Virus record (IMG/VR): IMGVR_UViG_3300037722_001090
Origin: a virus
Taxonomy: Duplodnaviria; Caudoviricetes
Strand: one strand, 5' to 3'
DNA length: 64,000 nt
A model generated the notes under the pieces. The model made no database searches. It was not told where the DNA came from and saw only the letters and a program-made list of their open reading frames with translations. Positions 59,111-64,000 of this stretch are shown piece by piece; position 1 is the stretch's first letter; each line of letters begins with the position of its first letter. The translations under genes were made by a program, and so were the position numbers.

Positions 59111-60219
59111 TTATTTCTCCAAAATATAACTTAAATAATCACTAATAACAATACCAACAGGTAGTTTATTATTAATTTTAAGAGTAGCCTTAATTAACGC
59201 ATCATCATTAGTATTAAACCAGTCAATAAACTCATCAGCTTTTACTTTAGTTTCTAGTATAAATCTTTCATAGTTTGAGCTAATTTCATTAACAATAAAT
59301 GTTTTATCATCATCGTCATCTTTGACTACACCGCTAATAGCAACAACTTTACCTTCTTCAATCATATCCATATGTTTAGAGTAAGATTGAGGGAATACAA
59401 TACATCTTATACTGTCTTCATCTGTAGTCAGTTCAAATGTAGCCATATTAGTTTTTGCTTTAGTTTTCCTAACATCAATAGAAGAAATTGCACCTATAGC
59501 AATAAAACCTTGACCATCAAAATAAGTACTCACTTCTGGGAGTGTACAAACTTTAACTCCACCCATAACCTTAGACGTGTCTATTTGTTTACCTTCAAGA
59601 GGATGTTTTGTAATATAAAAGCCAAGTGTTTCAATTTCATAAGATAAACTATCTTCTATATCATTTTTTATAATTTTACAGTTATCTATATATTTCTCTA
59701 AATCAATATCTTTAACTAAATCAAAGATTGTTTCATACTCAGAAACACTTTTCTGTCTATCCATAAAATCAAGAATATTACGTACACTTTCAAGTGAGCT
59801 TTCTTTATTTATATTTAATGTAGAAAATAATCCAGCCTTAGCGTATTGTTCAAGAATTTTCTTATTTAGACAATCCAAATTACGCATGATAAAGTGACCT
59901 AGGCTTTTATATCCTTTTTTTGTGCGACGCTTTAAAATCTTTCCAGATACAGCTTTGCCTACGCCTTTAACAGCCGCAATACCAAAGATAATACTATCTT
60001 TATCGATTGTAAAATCAACTCCAGATCTATTAATGTCTGGTGCCAAAACCTTAAACCCACGCTTCTTAACCGCACTTATATATCTTCTAATATCACTTGT
60101 CTTATCTGAATCTACAGTTAGTAGAGTTGTATAAAACTCCAACGGATAATAATGTGACAGAAAAGCAGTACGTGCAGAAATAAAAGAGTAGCATATAGCA
60201 TGACTCTTATTGAAACCAT
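59111..60219 (-). CDS. dnaE: DNA polymerase III alpha (C family), exon 3
   Basis: (T)AT GGT TTC AAT AAG AGT CAT = YGFNKSH; YPLEFY; PDINRS; FGIAAVKGVG; EIETLGFYITKHP; OB-fold. Confidence 0.93.
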
Positions 60220-60481
60220 CGTTTCATACCCTCGGTTTCCCGATATTTATTAGGGGTCTAGACTATACCTTAATCTACAGCATTACCTGTTTAGATCTCC
60301 CTTGGTAGTCGTTGAGAGCTTATCCTTATTCAGGATCTATCTCTGCGGATTATCCAATCCAATAGAATTTTTACTATACCGAAACGCATTACCGCTCGCC
60401 ACTTATAAATTACTTTATAAGCTTAGTATCTATTAGCTCTAAGGACTTCCCCGCATATTCAGGAAGTTCATAAGCAATTTC

Positions 60482-61144
60482 TTACTTATGGGGCATGTAA
60501 TAATCTTGAAAGATTTGATGTTTTCTTTCGAGAAATACATTCGATTTATCATATAAATACTCATAGAACTTTTTAACATCTGGCTTATTGCTTATAACAA
60601 GATAAAACATATAGTCAGTTTTAGATTTTTTATATCTAGTCTTAATACTGTGTTTATTGAGTTCAGATTCTATATCTTCAAGAATAGACTTAGTACCAAT
60701 TATAGATACCTCTATTCTATTATAAGAGTATTTCTTATTACTTCCGCTAGGGACACCACTCTTAATATATGTATATACAGATCCATCACCATCAAAATAG
60801 CCACGAATAAAATCTTTAATAAATCTAGTTTGTATGTTTGGAATTTTCATATCCTCATCATATCTACCAAGACTATTTATCTTATCGCACAGATATTTTC
60901 TACAAATTACTAATCTACCCATCTCACTGCTATTTTCAAAGCCACCAGTTGTAACTTTTTTAATATTACCAGTATAAGATATATGATCAGAGAACTGTTT
61001 AAGATGTTCCTGATCCTTTGTTTGTATACACAGAAACCACGGAGCTTTACGTGCAGAATATCCATCTGCCCATATATATCCTAGCCAATAAGCTTTCTCT
61101 TTTGTATTTATATTATCGAAATATTCTTTATTTACATCAATCAT
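60482..61144 (-). CDS. Intron-encoded double-motif LAGLIDADG homing endonuclease
   Basis: AYWLGYIWADG and FIRGYFDGDG; lies 5' of intron core; AAGGAG RBS. Confidence 0.9.
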   Translation of the reverse strand: MIDVNKEYFDNINTKEKAYWLGYIWADGYSARKAPWFLCIQTKDQEHLKQFSDHISYTGNIKKVTTGGFENSSEMGRLVICRKYLCDKINSLGRYDEDMKIPNIQTRFIKDFIRGYFDGDGSVYTYIKSGVPSGSNKKYSYNRIEVSIIGTKSILEDIESELNKHSIKTRYKKSKTDYMFYLVISNKPDVKKFYEYLYDKSNVFLERKHQIFQDYYMPHK

Positions 61145-61174
61145 TACATTATCTCCTTAGGCTTCCTGCCTACT

Positions 61175-61184
61175 TGTTAATAAC
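61175..61184 (-). promoter_or_regulatory. GTTAWTAACA element upstream of LAGLIDADG ORF
   Basis: - strand CGTTATTAACAA, 30 nt before ATG 61144. Confidence 0.5.
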
Positions 61185-61209
61185 GTAACCTTCAAATTAT
61201 TAGTAGTTT

Positions 61210-61562
61210 ACCCGCTAAACCCTTCAATTTGACTAAACAGCTCTGCCAGATCTTTTTCATTATAACCCCTTTCTGCTCCACCCTTAACAAACTCTTGTTT
61301 AAGGGCCTTCATTACATCTTCCTTTTTCTTACCCATAGCACGTCTAGCATTATCGCCTTCAATCTCATTGAATCCACCGATCTCAGTAAAACACTTAATT
61401 ACTTGCTCTTGATAAACCATAAGACCATAAGAAGAAGCACAAATTTCCCATACTTTTTCAATTAACTTTTGATCACTAAGCTTATATCGATACTTATTAC
61501 CATTAAACTTAGCATCTACATATTGATCAAGCATACCCATAGACATTGGTCCAGGTCGCATG
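61210..61562 (-). CDS. dnaE: DNA polymerase III alpha, exon 2
   Basis: (C) ATG CGA CCT GGA CCA = MRPGPM; SYGLMVYQEQV; ARRAMGKKK. Confidence 0.93.
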
Positions 61563-61575
61563 CAAAACAAATTCA

Positions 61576-61585
61576 GTTAATAACA
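61576..61585 (+). promoter_or_regulatory. GTTAWTAACA element upstream of antisense endonuclease ORF
   Basis: + strand GTTAATAACA, 26 nt before ATG 61612. Confidence 0.5.
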
Positions 61586-61611
61586 TATATTACATTTACA
61601 AAGGAATATTT

Positions 61612-62553
61612 ATGGCTAAGCAAACCTATAATTTAACACCAAGAGATAAAGTTATCTCTGAGCTTTTACAGGTTTACAATAAAAATAAACAGTTAACTCT
61701 TCCTCTGATTGAGATAGAGTGCTCTTTTTCTAGAAGAGCATTAAGGACACATTTCGGTTCTTTACAAAACTTTATGAATGAATTTAATTTAGAAAATCAA
61801 ACATTAGGTCGTCAAGAATCTAGAAAAGGAAAACCCTTAAACAGATGGACCAAAGAACAAGTTATACTTAAATTAAAGCAAATTGAACTTGAACATGGCT
61901 ATGTATCTAAAACTCTGTTAGAAACAATTAAGTCTCCAACTCCAAAAGTAATATATAGACTATGGAATAATTTCGAAAATATGTATATCGAAACAGGAAT
62001 TAAGAAAAAAGAGCATAATGAGCTAGAATATTCAAGAGAAGAATTAATTCTAGAATTAATGTCACTATTTTCTAAATACGGCAATATAACATATGATATT
62101 ATAAAAATTTATTCTAATATTTCTTACAGTCCATTCTTTAGAGAATTTGGATCTATAGAAAATATGCATAAGGTAATCTCTGCTAAATATAAAAGAGAGC
62201 ATTATTTAAGTAAATCTGCATTTGCAATTATAAAAATTGCTGAAGAATACTTAGAAGAGAAAGCTATACTAGAATTTAAAGACAATAGAGTTAAAAACCC
62301 GAAAACTAATAGGCATCTAAGAGTAGATGCATATTTTGCTAAACACAATCTAGCAGTTGAAATACATGGCTTACAACACTATAGCTTTAAGTCACATTTC
62401 TTTAAAATAAAAAAACAATTCAAATATAGACTATTACTAGATAGACTTAAGAGAATGCAGCTAAAGAAATATGGTTATAAATATCTTGAAATAAAATATT
62501 CTCTATCAGAGAATACAATAATTCAACTTCTTTCCACAGTAAAACTAAATTGA
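61612..62553 (+). CDS. Putative homing endonuclease (three helical HEG-associated repeats + DUF559/PD-(D/E)XK-like domain), antisense to its intron
   Basis: AAAGGA RBS; repeats ending HFGSL / LWNNF / EFGSI; C-terminal LRVDAYF...AVEIHGLQHY...YLEIKY. Confidence 0.8.
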   Translation: MAKQTYNLTPRDKVISELLQVYNKNKQLTLPLIEIECSFSRRALRTHFGSLQNFMNEFNLENQTLGRQESRKGKPLNRWTKEQVILKLKQIELEHGYVSKTLLETIKSPTPKVIYRLWNNFENMYIETGIKKKEHNELEYSREELILELMSLFSKYGNITYDIIKIYSNISYSPFFREFGSIENMHKVISAKYKREHYLSKSAFAIIKIAEEYLEEKAILEFKDNRVKNPKTNRHLRVDAYFAKHNLAVEIHGLQHYSFKSHFFKIKKQFKYRLLLDRLKRMQLKKYGYKYLEIKYSLSENTIIQLLSTVKLN

Positions 62554-62805
62554 CAGGTATTTAAACCTGTCCATAGACTTTCATCTATGACTGGACTATA
62601 TCATTCTGTAGAATAAATTCTACATAGCGGGGTTACACTATAAAATTACTAATATAATGCTCGAGTTTTCTCGATAGTCTCTGAGGCGGAACTTATCGTG
62701 CCTGCTGATTGTCCATTGTAATATCCTTAAAATTTTTACACTTTGGTATTTAAGGCTTTAGGAGGTTCCAGCATATAACCCACTTTTACTTCCCCCATAC
62801 TGTTA

Positions 62806-63758
62806 AGGGAAGTTATATCTGATAATTCATCTACTGTAGTAGGAATTACTTGGCGGACAGCACCTTGAAAGAGGTTTGACTCAAACTGAAAGATACCTGT
62901 ATTATGTCCACTATTAAGTACTTCATAGATACCCTTATCGTTAACATCGATATTTTCTATATCTATTTCTATTCCTCTTAATTCTCTTACTCGATCCACA
63001 GTACCTTTAATTACATCTAAGGTCTTTAGACCAAGCAAGTCCATCTTAAGGCAACCCATAGCTTCAACATCATAATACTCATACTGAGTAAGAATATCAG
63101 CTCCATCTTTCTTAGTAGAAATCATCTGAGGAACATATTCAGTAGTTTTCTTGTCTGTAATAACAAAAGCACATGCATGAACACCAAGAGCCTGGGGAAG
63201 ACCTTCTAGTTTAATAGCTATTTCCCAAATCTTTTTAGCTTCATCATTTTTAACTACAGCTTCTTGAAGTTGCTTATTAGCATCATATGCTTCCATGAGC
63301 TTAATGCCAGGAACATCAGGAATATGTTTAGCAATATCAGCACCAGTTTGAATAGCATATCCAAGAGCACGCTGAGAGCTCCTAACTGCAGCTTTAGCTG
63401 CTAGCGTATTGAATGTCAATACATCACATACTCTGTCATCACCATACTTACCTTTAAGATACTGCTTAACTTCTCCTCGCATCTCTTTAGAGAAGTCAAT
63501 ATCAAAGTCAGCATATGAGCCTTGAGATGCAATCTTTAATGACTTAACAGGCTTATCATCCATAAAACCCAGCACCCAATGTAAAAGAGAGTTAACGCTA
63601 GTATCTACATCTCCTGTTAGCTTATCTGAAATGCCCTGTAGTATAACATTTCGCACTTCAGAGTATAGCTGTTTGTGTTCTAATTCAGAAAGCTCATTAA
63701 ATCTATCCTTAGATCTAACAAGCTTAGTAAAATCATTATCTATGTGCCACGTTACCAT
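62806..63758 (-). CDS. dnaE: DNA polymerase III alpha, exon 1 (short N-terminus, no PHP domain)
   Basis: ADFDIDF catalytic motif, TFNTLAAKAAVR, GVHACAFVI, LKMDLLGLKTL, GIFQFES; AAAGGG RBS before ATG 63758. Confidence 0.9.
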
Positions 63759-63768
63759 ATAAACCCTT

Positions 63769-63999
63769 TTAAATAGATAGGTACTGTATATCTATATCAC
63801 TATTATGAAACATATCTAGAATTATCTTATTAGCTATGCTTTTTTCAATAGATACAACTTTATTTAAAGTCATAATAGACGATTGAACAGTACTGCAATC
63901 ATGTATTTTTGTTTCATTCTGAAACTGAGAAAAAACCTCTGAAGAAGAAAATCTACTATCTGACCGAACTATATCCATGGATATAGCAGAACAGCACTT
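63769..63999 (-). CDS. 3' part of an ORF running off the window edge
   Basis: Frame open from 63999 to stop at 63769. Confidence 0.4.
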   Translation of the reverse strand, partial: KCCSAISMDIVRSDSRFSSSEVFSQFQNETKIHDCSTVQSSIMTLNKVVSIEKSIANKIILDMFHNSDIDIQYLSI

Positions 64000-64000
64000 A

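Larger units (their letters stand above)
60220..61209 (-). mobile_element. Group I intron 2 in dnaE (990 nt)
   Basis: Exon ends GGG T, intron ends GAAACG; core P GAATATGCGGGGAAG, Q AATCCGCAG, R CTCAACGACTA, S AAGGTATAGTCTA; splicing restores FSGYGFNKSH. Confidence 0.92.
61563..62805 (-). mobile_element. Group I intron 1 in dnaE (1243 nt) carrying an antisense ORF
   Basis: Exon ends TCC CT, intron starts TAACAG and ends TTTTG; P TATATGCTGGAAC, Q AATCAGCAG, R TCAGAGACTA, S GATATAGTCC, P9 GAAA hairpin; splicing restores SLMRPGP; three exons total 2415 nt = 804 aa. Confidence 0.92.

Noticed and set aside
61546-61611. ORF-track start of the antisense endonuclease at 61546
   Set aside because: It overlaps dnaE exon 2; ATG 61612 has the RBS and lies downstream of the candidate promoter
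45937-63758. Inteins, frameshifts or pseudogenes as explanation for the split nrdJ and dnaE
   Set aside because: The interruptions contain group I P/Q/R/S elements, U at the 5' splice site and a terminal G, and removing them restores conserved motifs in frame
63969-63986. Perfect 18-bp palindrome CTATATCCATGGATATAG, with an adjacent S-like GATATAGTT, suggesting an operator or another intron upstream of dnaE
   Set aside because: Single copy inside an ORF at the window edge, no other intron core visible, and the dnaE ATG at 63758 has its own RBS; cannot be resolved within this window
1-64000. Stop-codon reassignment
   Set aside because: Genes are full length under code 11 and end in TAA, TAG and TGA
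1-64000. tRNA, rRNA, integrase or att sites
   Set aside because: None recognisable; intergenic spaces are short and explained by RBSs, terminators and intron structure

Overview
A 64 kb piece of a large, AT-rich (about one third GC by spot counts) lytic phage with a contractile-tail (myovirus-type) gene set. Its host is Gram-negative, since it encodes i- and o-spanins. Positions 1-45.2 kb (+ strand) form the late module: three very large virion-type proteins, then spike, baseplate, tail-fibre and lysis genes. Positions 45.2-64 kb (- strand) hold the spanins and the nucleotide metabolism, replication and recombination module: class II RNR, dUTPase, sigma-like factor, RusA, primase-helicase, 5'-3' exonuclease, radical SAM, GroES, RecA and DnaE. 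Highlights: (i) the 1829-aa protein between the tape-measure position and the baseplate hub carries the motifs of a single-chain two-barrel RNA polymerase (RHPTLY...ASDWDGD), so it is a candidate injected virion RNAP, flanked by two proteins with SNase-fold domains, one of which is an apparently intact nuclease fused to the hub; (ii) three group I introns (one in nrdJ, two in dnaE), whose junctions can be read to the nucleotide, carry three unrelated endonuclease families, one encoded antisense to its intron; (iii) a recurrent GTTAWTAACA element lies upstream of late genes and of all three intron ORFs; (iv) a signal-peptide CHAP endolysin has a CxxCH motif; (v) a radical SAM-like protein has a CX2CX2C motif. 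Family assignments come from motif recognition by eye; no database search was run.
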